Shown here piece after piece: positions 1-12,600 of a stretch of DNA of 64,000 nt. This DNA is from Marsupella aquatica (lineage: Eukaryota > Plantae > Marchantiophyta). Each line of letters begins with the position of its first letter. The first letter of the stretch is position 1. The notes beneath the pieces were generated by a model. That model saw only the letters and a program-made list of their open reading frames with translations, was not told where the DNA came from and ran no database searches. Made by a program: the position numbers and the translations under genes. The stretch covers positions 9,447,832 to 9,511,831 of the forward strand of contig OZ316897.1 in the NCBI GenBank assembly GCA_973895155.1, in the 5' to 3' direction.

Positions 1-1442
1 GGCATGTAGCTAAAAATAGTTGAGTTGGATATTTTCTATTCTTGGTGTGACAAGCATCTAAACTAACCATCGGCTGAGTATAGTTAAGTGCTTTCCTGGT
101 GGCAAATGGACATATGAATGCTCTGCAAAAAATGGTGGAGTCCTCCATAGTGCACCAATGTGCAACACAGCCAGGGTCTGTCTCCCGAATCCTATCAATC
201 AATGCTGGGATCATCTGAAAAGATGATTTCTGTGAGCCAGCGGTCCAATGCCCTACAAGATCTTTGCCCCGCCACATTTGCTGGTAGTTACTTCCTCGCT
301 TGTAGTCACCTTGGAAACCAGACAGCAATTCCTTCACAGGCATTTTCAGATTTCTGATGATTCTTGGAGCCAATGTTACCCCCAACCATGCAGACTTGTG
401 AGTAGGAGCTCTCCACTTGTGAATGTGAGCAGCACAAGTATGTGTTAGTTCACATACAGTGATAATATGACCCCCACCCTTCACTCTACTGCAACGTACT
501 CTGAAAGAACATTCATCCTGTGAGTAAAGCAAGTCTTCTGGTCCTGGTTGAGAGGGCTTAGATCTGGACAACTGTCCACAAGCTCCAGTTGTAGATGGCT
601 TCCTAGTTTTCTGTTGACTAGGTTTACGTGGGTGTTGCGAACCAGGTAACCAAACACTAGTGTGTTGGACTATGGACTTTGGTCTATTGTGCACAACTCT
701 TCCTTGTGTAGACAAAACAGTATTTATGTGCACAGTTTGTTGTACAGATATAGGTGCATTTTGGTGCACGGATTGTTGTGTAGACAATGACACATTTGTC
801 TGTATGGTGTTCGCTTGAATGGCTGAAAGCGGTGCACGAGGTTGCTGACGAGCAAGAGTGATCTGATTAATGGCATTATGAAATTGACGATCGTCAATCT
901 GCAAAACCCCATGATTGTACACACCAAGAATTTCAGCAAGTGATTGTAGGATGTCCCAAAATAAAAAAAGGTGTGGCATTGGTGGCAGTGGCAGCGGCAG
1001 CACACACCTCTGCTTGACTGCGATATCGATTCTCTTGTTGTGTAGTTTGCTGCAATGTCTGAGACCTTGGTCCTTTCGATCGTCTTCCACTCCAATGGCC
1101 ATATCTGCTATGAAACTCATGCTCACCTTCTGACTCTTCATCCTCTTCCTCAAATTGAAGCTGCCACTGGTTTGGTTCCTCCGTAGCATGTGAACGAATG
1201 CTGTCATTGTCACCTTGGTCATCACAAGCTGCCTCATCATCGACTACCTATTTCGATCTAGCAATCTTTCCAAACCTGCATACACAAATACATCGATTTG
1301 CAAACGTCTTGTATCTGGACATGGCTCGACCATTCATCACAGCCAGAGAATCTAGGCACCGATCAAACTCTTCAAAGCTATTGAAGTGCTCTCCCAACTT
1401 GATTCGAGCAGCCTCTGCTGCCACTGTAACAGAGGAAGACAT
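1..1442 (-). pseudogene. MuDR/MULE transposase, 5' part (runs off window start); one in-frame stop
   Basis: Manual translation gives exon 1442-1008 (TAG at 1250-1248), a phase-0 GT-AG intron 1007-899 and an open exon 898-1. That exon reads ...CSFRVRCSR...ELTHTC...YQQMWRGK...FCRAFICPFATRKALNYTQPMVSLDACHTKNRKYPTQLFLATC, i.e. the C..H WRKY/GCM1-like motif and the first catalytic Asp region (LDACH) of MULE transposases. Confidence 0.85.
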
Positions 1443-2429
1443 GTCATCACGTTAATATGTATACAATGACATCAATGTTCATGTGCGGAAGCTACATGCA
1501 TGCCTGGATGGGAACTCAAACGGTGTCATACTTTCAAATCACATTGGACTGACACACATTGTATGAAAATAAGAAACGTCCAGACAATCTGATGGCACCT
1601 TCTTCAGCAGTTTTGCCATCCAATATCCTTGGGGGGTTCTCAACATTCTTTCGAGCCCTCTGACGTTCTTGTGTGTCTTGCGTTCGTGCCCTCTCATGAT
1701 AGGGGACATTGACTTCCCAAACATCACCTCTGGTCCACAAATGCATTGAGTCATTGTCCTCCATGCCTGACACTGTCCCTCTAAGCGTACTGTACACATT
1801 AGGGGAGTGGAAACACTCACGACCCTGCCGTGCGAGCTCACGCACAAAGCATGTGCACAAAAAAAGTGTCGTGTGAAATGACAGGAACGTGCAAAAGTTC
1901 TGTAACATGTCAGTGATTTGGCGGGTCATCCTCTGAAAACATTATCCACCCTGTATTCTATTCAAGATATAAGCATGTTTAGCTTTTCCGCGCCTAAGCC
2001 AACGGTTACTCCAAACCCTAATTTGTTTAACTATATATAATCTAATACATTTTTTTATACATGGCTGTAAATGTCTACACCGCTTTGTATATGTTGTGGC
2101 TGCACTATGCTTGGTTCATCCAACATTGTGGTCATTGTATACAGTTATGTCAATGTATACATGATCTAACTATGAGGCTCTATTTCATCGTGCGGCCGCA
2201 CAACATAAGGTTTGTTTGACATCACGGTTCATGTTTGTACACATTGTTGTCAATGTCTACATTGCGGGATACATTGATTCACTCGGAACTACGATCGTAG
2301 TCGACCGCATTCGGTGACGCGGTCGGACACTGAAGAACAGTAGAACATGCTGCATTTTACAGTGACAATCTCGCGTTATAAGAACTGCACAATGTGTTAG
2401 AAGAACATATCACACGAAATAGTACCTCT

Positions 2430-2521
2430 GGTGGGCCCGGAGGTCCACTGGGAGAGCGTGGGAAACTTTTGGTCCATTAAGAGAGAAAGTTGCATTTGGA
2501 GGTCCACTAAGTATATCTCTC
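2430..2521 (-). mobile_element. Probable terminal inverted repeat of the left MuDR element
   Basis: On the minus strand the sequence from 2521 reads GAGAGATATACTTAGTGGACCTCC..., with repeated GGACC units. It lies upstream of the transposase and starts GAGA like Mu-type TIRs. The partner TIR would be outside the window. Confidence 0.5.
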
Positions 2522-3055
2522 GATAAATGTGTTATACAATGTGTGACGCTGAATATATCTTTATTGGGACTAGTCTATTTTTTGCATGATACATCATAGT
2601 GTTCTGAAAAATAAAATTTTGTACTACATGGAAACAACTATGTCATGTTTTTTCCTCACTGAATCACATGGCGTTGAATGTCTGCTTTGATGTACTGGCT
2701 TGAGTGGGCTCTTCCATTGCGATCTAGGCGGGGATGTCGCTTAACAGCCCCTTGTCGCTGATCCTCCTCAATCAGGGACTGAGATTGCTGATGAGTCAGC
2801 CCTACCAGCATATCAAGTGGCATCTTAAAATCGTGCCTCAATCTGGTAAGTTGCTCTAGGCGAGCTCCCTTTGTGACTTGGATGTACTCATGCATCCCGT
2901 CTTTGTAAGTTAGTTGATCCTCCTCAAAAGGAACTGCCATGTACCTGATAATCTCCTTCATGACACCTGCATTGAGAAACATGTCTTCCCATGCATTGAG
3001 AAACATTGCTTTGCCTTGTGTACTATTGGATGGGAGTATTTTTGGGTGTGTATAG

Positions 3056-5001
3056 GCAAAGGTTGTTCTCGACCGAGCATCTAGAGCCAACAGAAGGAAA
3101 CAGCCAGACCTCAAAAAGGACATGGAACAACCACCAAACAAGAGGCAAAAGAAGAAGAAAAGTGAAGCTGAGGTATGTCATGATGTCTTTCTCTGGAAGC
3201 TTTTTCATTTGTTCAAGTGTTTTCTTGTCTGTCTCATCTGTTGTTTTGTATTTGCCTTCGGTGTGTATCAGGCTTAGGTTCCTGTTTATAGACCTGGTTG
3301 CTTTTGCCATTAAAAATTATACAGGTGTACTGGTCAATGTTTTGCAACCACCAATTAGAGGAGGTTGGTTAATGTTTTGTCTCTACCAATCATGTGCATA
3401 ATGGTTGATGTTTTACCTTCACCAATTGTGTATAGTAATGGTTACAGTTTTGCCACAACAAATTATAGAGTTTTGGTTTGACTTTACCGGAGTTAAATTT
3501 GGTATGGTTTACGTTTTGCCGAAATAGTAACACAACCAGGCTATATTTTACTTTGAAGTTAGCCTCTCCTGTGTATATTAGACTTAGCATGTTATGTGTA
3601 TTGATGCTTTGCCTTCCAGACGTCTGCACCAAATGAAGATAGCATAGAGGCCACAACATATGCCTCCACCTCCAAGAACTTAGGTGAACAACAGCAGGGC
3701 ACTAAAGACCCCACAACAGATGCAACAGAAGAAGGCATCGCTGATGAAGGCAGAGTAGATGTGGCCATAGTGGATGCCTCCACCTCCGACCAAGCTTCAC
3801 AAGATGAGGACACTGATGACAAGGAAGAGGAAGCATCAGAACAAGCGAATACACAACAAGAAGCTAGCAGTGATGGGGCAAAAGATACAGCCATAGATGG
3901 GGATGAAAATGAAGATGAAGGCACAGAAGATGGTGCACAAGATGAAGCAACCAATGATGGGACCTCAGAAGACGGTGCCACAGAAGGAGTGCCAGATCTG
4001 TTGCCACCTAGTGGCCAAGGTGAATCTAAAGAGGAATCAGGGCATGAAGGCAGTCAAGAAGCCACAAAAGAGGACGGAGCGACAGATGAGCAAGAACAAC
4101 AAGAACAATAGGAACAACAAGAGGAACCGGATAATGAATGTCTTGCAGCAGCGTTTGTGAAACGCTTGTCTACAATCAAGGTTGGGCCAATTGTATGTTC
4201 ATTGTATAGTGTGTGTTGTTTCGTGCTTGTCATTAGATGGTTTAAATGTCCTAAAATGGTGTATGTTTGCCATGCAGGGTAGGGCAAAACAGCCGCACTC
4301 TCAGAAGAAGAAGGTGGCTGCCAACAACAAACCACCTAAGAAGACAAAGAGGGTCTCATTCCTTAATGCAAAGTCGACCAGTGCACCCCTACCTGGCCCA
4401 GAATCGTGGGCTAAGGGGAAATGGACTGAGCAATTGGGTAATTGTATAATGCATGCATGCCCTTGAGACTCTCCTTCCAGTTGTCCGTCCCTAGCTTGCC
4501 AGATTTACTTGTCAATGGGGTTAGTACTCCATTCCTCCAGACCTATAACCTTGGAGGCTGGGATAGTAACCAGTTGTGGTTGCCAATACATGCCCATAGA
4601 CGCAAGTTGTACACTACACGGGAAATTTGGCCCTGAGTTTATCACACAAGGTAACCACCTTTTCCTTAAACCCTTTTTCAATTGTGTATTGTTTTATGTT
4701 TTGTCTCCATTCCACATCATGTGTAATGGTTTAAGTATTGTCTTGCAGGAAAGTGGTCGTGCCATTCCCACCGGTTCATGAAGATCATCCGTGGCCAGGG
4801 TACTTGTTTGTGTGGGTCGGCCCGGATGGCGTCCCAATTTTACCAAGGCATATAGAGCACTTGATGAAACATCGCCGGACCCTCATCATCTTTCACATTG
4901 AGAAAACCATACGCCCTGGGGGTGAAGACATTGGGGACCTACAAAAATTCCCATGCCTTACTAGGGATCCTGTGCCCGAGCCTGTGCCCATAGTGGCATG
5001 A
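3056..5001 (+). pseudogene. Multi-exon transposon accessory gene (basic NLS-like, long acidic tract, Cys/Trp-rich C-terminus), disrupted
   Basis: GT-AG exons at 3056-3172, 3325-3363, 3620-4180, 4278-4650 and 4749-5001; the first three introns are phase 0. The product has PPNKRQKKKK, a D/E-rich tract and a C-terminus ...PFPPVHEDHPWPGYLFVWVG.... In-frame TAG at 4109-4111, TGA at 4464-4466 and probable frameshifts near 4470-4640. A further decayed exon may lie at ~2725-2903. Confidence 0.6.
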
Positions 5002-5204
5002 GTGTAGCCAGCTAACATGTAAAGTTAGGCAGCTCCTATTGGCAATGGTGGATACAATGAATTTTGGATGTATCGGCCCCACTGTGCACTCTATGCCGTG
5101 ATTACTATTGCCTGTTGTAGCACAGTTGTACTAAAGTTAAGTGGTGCCTTTTTGTAGGCAAAACACTTGTCGCAACTTTAACTATAATAAACTAATCATG
5201 GTTT

Positions 5205-6285
5205 TTGCTCCTAAAAGTTTTGCCATTGCATATTGGATATTTGTCTCCAAGTTATGGTGTATGTTTTGCCATTACAAGGCAGGCAACACATTTTGCACGA
5301 GTGATTGTTAATGTTTTGCTATTACAAGGTACCCAATACCTTCTGGCAGTCATGGTTAAGGTTTTGCCATTACAAGCTAATTACCCAATACATTTTGCAC
5401 GAGTCATTGTTAATGTTTTACTATTACAAGGTACCCAATACATTATGTCAATCATGGTTAAGGTTTTGCCATTACAAGCTAATTACCTAATACATTTTGC
5501 ACGAGTCATTGTTAATGTTTTGCTATTACAAGGTACCCATTGATACATTCTGGCAGTCATGGTTAAGGTTTTGCCATTACAAGCTAATTACCTAATACAT
5601 TTTGCACGAGTCATTGTTAATGTTTTGCTATTACAAGGTACCCAATACATTCTAGCAGTCATGGTTAAGGTTTTGCCATTACAAGCTAATTACCCAATAC
5701 ATTTTGGATGACTCATGGTTTATGTTGTGCTGTTACAAGGTACACAATACATTTTGGGAGAGTCATGGTTAAGGTTTTGCCTTTACAAGGTACACAAGTG
5801 CCTATTGGCAACACTGAATACAATGAATTTAATTTGGATGTCATCGGCCCTAGCCTACTGAGCACTCATTACTACTGTCCCAACTTTGACTATAATTAAC
5901 TCATCAAGGTTTTCTTTCCAAAGAGTGTAAGACTTGCTTTTTGTTTTGTTGCACAAGTCTTCAATGATGAATGGTTCTACCCCAAGGCAATGTCCCCATA
6001 ATAGATAGGTACCCAATGGACAAGTCATGGTTTGAGTTTTGCCATTATAAAGTACCCAATGGACGAGTGATGGTTTAAGGTTTGCCATTACAATGTACCC
6101 AAATGAATGGATGAGTCATTGTTTAAGTTTTGCCATTATAAGGTACCCAATGCATTCGGGACAAGTCATGGTTTAGGTTTTGCCATCATAAGGTATATTG
6201 GATGTGGACTAGTCATGGTTTAGGTTTTGCCATCACACATAACAAATCCATTCAGGATGAGTTCTGGTTTAGGTTTTGCCTATGT
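5205..6285 (+). repeat. Tandem array of ~50-bp monomers, partly organised as ~101-105-bp dimers
   Basis: The dimer CATTTTGCACGAGTCATTGTTAATGTTTTGCTATTACAAGGTACCCAATAC...GTCATGGTTAAGGTTTTGCCATTACAAGCTAATTACC recurs near 5290, 5391, 5493 and 5598. More diverged monomers GTCATGGTTTARGTTTTGCCAT continue to ~6280. Confidence 0.95.
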
Positions 6286-6804
6286 AGGGTTATACTAACC
6301 AATGAAGGTTACCTACCACTGATAGTAAACCAATGATATTTCTTATTTAAGTTTCTAAATTTTGTGAAAAGCTTGGAGTCAGTTTCCTTCCCTATCATAC
6401 AATCAACTTTTGAACCTTCTAGTCTTAGAGTGCAAGGAGATCGAGAGATGTGCCAACATGCTTCCACACTTTAAACTTCAAAGTCTTACGCCGACCTGCT
6501 TCCACTTAAAACTTCAAAGTTTTATGCCCGACCTGCATTCAAACTTCAAACTTCGATTCCTGAGAATTTTTTACGACTGTGCAACCTAACATCCGTTACA
6601 TCAGGTTTGTTTGAAAACTATGTTCCATTTCTTCTTATGTTGGATGACAAAACTTAAACAAGAACTCTTAGTTATCTTCAATATCTCCCTTTCTTTCTCA
6701 TAAGTTGAATACTTTGCAATGACACAACTCAAACCATGACTTGATTTTATTGTTTGTGTGGAACACTTGTGTCAAAATTTGATTTCTGAAAAATTTCAAG
6801 TTCA

Positions 6805-7497
6805 TTTCATTCTTCATCTTTGGTGCACCGACTTCATTGAAAATTTGATTCCTGAGAAATGTGCACTCTATTAGACCCGATGTTAGGCTCAATAGAAAGT
6901 TATCGACAAGCTCTTCACTTCTTACATAGTGGTCATCAATAATAAATCCATTTTTATCACATTCAGTTTAGAATTGTGGTTCTTTTTCATTCTTCGTCTT
7001 TGGTGCATCGACTTCATTGAAAATTCAATTCTTGAGAAATATGCACTCTATTAGACCCGATGTTAGGCTCAATAGAAAGCTATCAACAAGCTCTTCACTT
7101 CTTACATGGTGGTCATCAATAATAAATCCATTTTGATCACATTCAGTTTAGAATTGTGGTTCGGTTTCATTCTTCGTCTTTGGTGCACCGACTTCATTGA
7201 AAATTCAATTTCTCAGAAATGTGCACTCTATTAGACCCGATGTTAGACTCAATAGAAAGCTATCGACAAGCTCTTCACTTCTTACATAGTGGTCATCAAT
7301 AATAAATCCATTTTGATCACATTCAGTTTAGAATTGTGGTTCGGTTTCATTCTTCGTCTTTGGTGCACCGACTTCATTGAAAATTTGATTCCTGAGAAAT
7401 GTGCACTCTATTAGACCCGATGTTAGGCTCAATAGAAAGCTATCGACAAGCTTTTCACTTCTTACATAGTGGTCATCAATAATAAATTTATTTTGAT
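6805..7497 (+). repeat. 180-bp tandem repeat, ~3.8 near-identical copies
   Basis: The unit TTTCATTCTTCGTCTTTGGTGCACCGACTTCATTGAAAAT...TTTAGAATTGTGGTTC starts at ~6805, 6985, 7165 and 7345 (exact 180-bp period). Confidence 0.97.
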
Positions 7498-7517
7498 GTA
7501 TTGTTTTTTATTTCAGG

Positions 7518-8925
7518 ATGCTAGAAGCTGTAACTTACTATGACATGGCTCAAAGAATTGCTGCAACAATTCCTGTTGAGGCAAGTTTTAAGGTTATCGT
7601 GCATCCATTCAATTTTGGTAAAGGCACATTGAAGGGTTATGACTTTTGGCAAAGCCTGGAACACGATGTTGTGAACATTGATGGTAGAAAAGTTTGTCAT
7701 CACGGCAAGATGTTGTTGTTTCCAATGATACAATTGAATGATGGCTATTCAGTTTGGTTGAAGATTACATTGAGCTTACATGGGCAAGTTGTTATTGTCA
7801 AAGCTAAAGAGGCTCAACAACTCAGTAATCCATCCAAACCAAATCCGCCTTACGCTCTTTTATTGTTTCAAAACATAGATTTATCTGGTCAGTCGATTGC
7901 TCTTGTGGATCGCAACCGACTTGCAGGTGCTGAAATAATCTCTATTCAATCACACCTTGATCCAAGAGATTTTCAGATGAGATCTGATGACTGTGATAAG
8001 TGGATTGTACGAGGTTACTATACAATGACTCAATACAAGTAGTGGCACGATTTTATTATTGGAAACACTACAAAATGGAGTAACCTCTCAAAATCAGGTA
8101 ACACAAGCATCTTTGCCTTTATAATTGACATTGTCAATCAAAATTACTTTGAGGGTATTGGCACTTCTCATTGCTTAGAGATTTTGCACATTGCTAGAGA
8201 ATATCCAGCTACGTTAGCACGAGTCATAATGCAATCAGATGAACGATTGAGTAAACTTAATTTGTGATGCTGTAAAGACATTCTATGATAAGGCTTACTC
8301 TCAAGAATATCTTCAACATGTTCCAGCCATAAGTCCTGGTTCTGGTTTTTATGAGTCACCGGCAACATCTTTGTATATCAACACCCGATTTCATAAAGTC
8401 TATGGCAAAAAAAATACTGGGGTGCTCATTCCAGTTGAAGTTTATGATAGCATGGTAATGAAACACCAGCTTGATCCATGCTATCAATTGTCTACCACAA
8501 AGGTAGGCATTCGTCTTGTTCACCTCACACAGAGAAAAAGGGTGAAAGTATATGCAATCTACTTACGGGCCAATCGGGGCATAGCTTATACTTGCATTTA
8601 CCTTCAACATCCACATTCTAACAATCCTGAGATTGTGAAGGGCAATGTTGAGAGACCACTAGTGTTTCCTGACGAAGAAGCAGTTCGCAAAGGATTTGGC
8701 CAAACTAGACGAGCAGAGATTGGCATTGGTTCTTTCATGGATACAAAGCGAATTGAAGAGCAAGAGCGTCATTCTACATATAGACGTTATCCGCTACGTA
8801 CTGGTGCAGTTGGTCGTCCTCGACTTACCAAACGTTTATATTCAGTTCAAAATGACACTATTAAAAAGGCTTCCAAATCTATTAGGCTTGGACAGGTATC
8901 CAATGAGTATATTAGAGAAACTTAG
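7518..8925 (+). pseudogene. Fpg/Nei (MutM/NEIL)-family DNA glycosylase-like gene, ~468 aa when repaired
   Basis: The two listed ORFs join via one in-frame TAG (8040-8042) and one +1 frameshift (~8258). Motifs are colinear with Fpg/Nei: N-terminal M-L-E (CTA, one C>T from M-P-E); HHGKMLLF (K64); WLKITLSLHGQV; ALVDRNRL; H2TH-like NQNYFEGIGTSHCLEILHIAREYP; HKVYGKK. A strong acceptor TTTTTTATTTCAG lies just before the ATG. Confidence 0.75.
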
Positions 8926-9227
8926 ATTAGATTAATTTGGTAATGAGTTATGAAGTACATGCTTAGTTTAGTTTTGTAGTGCCCTAATATAATTTTTGTG
9001 TATGACTATCTATTTCTTTTATTGATTCAGTGCACTTTGGCTACCTGTGTTTTGGTTGAACTTAATTCATCTATCAAGTTATCACAAAAATAACTCAAAT
9101 CTTTGGCAAGATCTTAAAGGAAGGGTACAAGTTCATATGTATTGCTGAGAAAAATACTAGATCAAAATTATAACCGTCTAAGAGGATCTTTGTCATGTGC
9201 AAACTAGAACTGTCCAAACATATTTAA

Positions 9228-9545
9228 GTCTGGGTTTAAGTTTTTCCATGAAAAGTACTGGTGAGTCATGGTTTAAGTTTTGGCATGGCAAGATACCAAA
9301 TCGCATTTGGGACAAGTCATGGTTTAAGTTTTGGCATGACAAGGTACCCAATGCATTTGAGACGAGTCTTGGTTATAGTTTTGGCATGACAAGGTACCCA
9401 ATGTATTTGAATTGGGACGAGTCCTGGTTCATGTTTTGCCATTATAAAGTTCCGGAATGAATCATAGTTCAAGTTTTTTCATTACAAGGTACCCAATTAT
9501 GCATTTGGAATGAGTCATGGTTAACTTTTTGCCATTGCAAAGTAT
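9228..9545 (+). repeat. Second array of the same ~47-50-bp monomer
   Basis: GTCATGGTTTAAGTTTTGGCATG...AAGGTACCCAATG-type units repeat about 7 times between the Fpg-like gene and the transposase 3' end. Confidence 0.9.
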
Positions 9546-9658
9546 CCATTATAGCTAATGTATCAGTCTCCTATGAAGTGCACATATTCAAGAATTGGCA
9601 CACAGATATTGATGCACAATTACATCACAAGAAAACAACCACCGAGTGGAGTATAATA

Positions 9659-12600
9659 TTATTCATCGTAGGGCAAGTCTGGTATAACATTGAGGTCAAT
9701 ATTCACATTCAGGTCTACATCCCTACCACCCCCTCCAAGATCAATAATGCGATTTGGAACTATTGGCAATACTGAATTTGTAGTTCTTTGCCGTCGCCTG
9801 CCTTCCTCATATTCTTTGCCTATTCTACATAGATGTTGTCTATTTGATTCCCTGATTACTTTGCGCTTTGAAAGAAGTGCACATGGCACTTGACGTTCTT
9901 CCAAGTATGTATTTGGTTCAGGGGAACTTGGTGCCTGAGTTCTTTGTCCTCTTTTTCCCCCATGGTAAATGTCTACAACTCCCAAGCGTCGCTTTGATGT
10001 AAGCCCTACAGACCTTATAAATGCATCGACAGGACCTGTATTGACCTTTCTTGAAAGCACCTTCACTTGTTGTTGGGCCTTCAATTTAGTCAGCATAAGT
10101 TGTGATGCTAAGAATGCTTGTTCTGTGAGCTCCTTGTCTCCTTCAATAATTGTCATTACCTCATCAAAAATGCGCATTACAGTCTGTCTCATAGCAGGCT
10201 CTCTACTCTGAAGTGACACACTACTATCTTCTAATACCTGCGTCACATAGAATTAACCCTTATTAATATGGTGAACTGCACCAAGAACTTTAACCAATAC
10301 AATGCACAAGGAGTATACACGCCGCCAAAAGATAAACTAATACAAGGTAAAAAGAATGTAGAACATACATATGTATTAGAAGAAACTGACAACCTTTCAC
10401 AACCGTCTTGTGGGCTCACGTCTTCAGCTAGAGTGGCAGTGTCCGTGTCATCATGAAGTGCGCTCAGTTGTTGTCTATCGTCTTCCAATTTTGCTTCATG
10501 AATAGTATCATTGTTTTTGCCAACATTGGCATCTAGGTGGTCAATGCCACCCATGAGGCTACCAAACCTGGTCCCTAGCTGTTGAACCAAGACAGCACCT
10601 TCACAACCTCTAACTAGCAATGCCTTCAGCTGGTGCTTGCACATGTTTCCCTTGTCAGCCCATTTACAGCAGCATGAAGGGAAGTTGGAAAAAATATTAC
10701 AAACAATATAGTCTTTCCCATTAGGTTTCAAACTACTAACAATGGCCTGGTTGGGCAATGTTGGATTTGGAAAACTAACTTGGTGGTCTTTCATTAGATG
10801 TTGTGCCTTGTGAAGACTATTGAGGACTATCTCCTCTTTCTTGTAGTTGATGACGCTCCCCCTAGCTTTGCACCGTATTTGGTACCAAAAGAAAGGGAGC
10901 ATGACCTGGAATAGAGAATTGACAACCCTATCTAGACGCAAAGCTCCTATGGACCCAATATTCCTCTTTATCATCTTCTTCAATGTCAAATGCCAAGCCT
11001 CAATCGCACCATTTGTGTTTTGGTTGGCACGAGGCATGTCTCGGACAGCCCTCATCCACTTGGCTGTCATTCCACAGACACATAATAACATCCACTAAGG
11101 TAAGCATGAGGAAACTGCAAAGAAGCCTACTTTAGTCATTTCAAGGGACAAATGAATATGACATATGCGGAGCATTAACCTGTTCTGTGGATCCAAGTGT
11201 CTTCAAAATAAGCCAAAAACCGTTGTTCCGTGTGATATTTAGCTTGGAAGGATCGCCACTTGACCTGCATGTCTTCCTCAGTAATGGCGTACATGAGATC
11301 CCCAAGATCATCATTCATATCTAGGAGCTTGGTTCTGTTTGGTACAGTCTTGAAAGTTCTCCTTCCAAGCTCTGTATGTAGAAAGCAACATGTTAGTGGA
11401 TTTGACAAAACTTGAACTACAACTAACGAGTTCCAAATGCAATAACAATAGTTGGAACTTGGAAGAATACATACCGTCTGACATGCCAACTGCAAAAATA
11501 TATGGGGATATTGGGAAAGATAGCTTTCAAGGCGCTGATTTCAGCTTGAGCACAGTCAATGATGAAGCAGCTGGGACTCCAATCTGGTTTGTCCGCTAGT
11601 GCTCTATCCTTAACTCCCTTTAAAAAAATGCCAATTTGATCTGCTGATTCAGGCTGCTGGATACACCATGCTATGGGTAATCCCCTCTGGTGTTTGTCGA
11701 AAGCAACAAGGGTGAAGAAAGGGAACTACAACAGGCCCAAAGGTCAGAAGGCGAACTTTAATTCAAAGACAAAAAAAATGCAGTCCACCACTGTACGGGC
11801 AATAGGGCACAAAATGCAATGAAATTGACACAACGAAATAGGTTGACAGAGCAAAATGTTAGTCATAAGAGGCAAAATCCAATCAGATAGACACAACATA
11901 ACAGGTTGACGAGGAAAATTAAAGCTTAACCATAAGATGCTAAATGCAATCACATGGACACAACAAACAACTTAATGCAGTCACCTTGGCAAAACCTTAA
12001 CCATAACCACCTGATATACACATAACAAAAGAGGGTAACAAAGCGCAATATATATGAAATAGATAGGGATAACTAAAACATGCCAAATGCAATGTATTTA
12101 CTAAGTATTACTTACCCCATATTTATTAGTTGCAAATGTGCTATCCAAAGCCAACACTGATCCATGAGACAGGTTTGTCATTTGTGCTCTTTGCCAAGGT
12201 GACTGCAATGAAAGCATGAACTCTTGCTCTGGAGGGCCCTCCATGTACTCTCGAGGTGGGCCCTCCATTTGCGCATTGATGCCTGGTCATTGTCTGCCCA
12301 TAACCAGGTTTCCTTGTCAATTTTCCTTTTGAGGTTTCGGAGGTCTTGTTTAGAAACCAAGTCATCTCTTCCATCGAAAGTCAAAGTGATGTCCGGGTCA
12401 CTGATATTGTGCCCTCGATCATGGCCATCTCTTTCAAATTGCGACTGACAGTGGAGGTCATAAATGTCAAGGACGGACCATCCTGCCCTCAACAAGTCCT
12501 CAAGGTGCTTCCGGAGTTCACTGGCCCATTCATTGGTCAACCATGGAGCAATAGAGCATTTTGGTCCCCAAGAGGGTGGGCCTAGTTCTCGATCCCATTC

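Noticed and set aside
2656-3310. Minus-strand ORFs of 161 and 95 aa (faint RLRH recombinase-like look)
   Set aside because: They overlap phase-consistent plus-strand exons and a T-rich intron, and lack a complete catalytic motif set. Best explained as antisense shadows.
5205-5543. 112-aa repetitive ORF
   Set aside because: A by-product of the tandem array, with no protein features.
5205-6285. CRISPR-like appearance of regularly spaced ~22-bp conserved cores
   Set aside because: The intervening sequences are homologous to each other rather than unique spacers, there are no cas genes, and the context is a eukaryotic TE.
6805-7497. Centromeric CEN180 satellite or a 60-codon coding repeat
   Set aside because: Only the length matches. 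There are just 4 copies, and the frames I translated contain stops in each unit.
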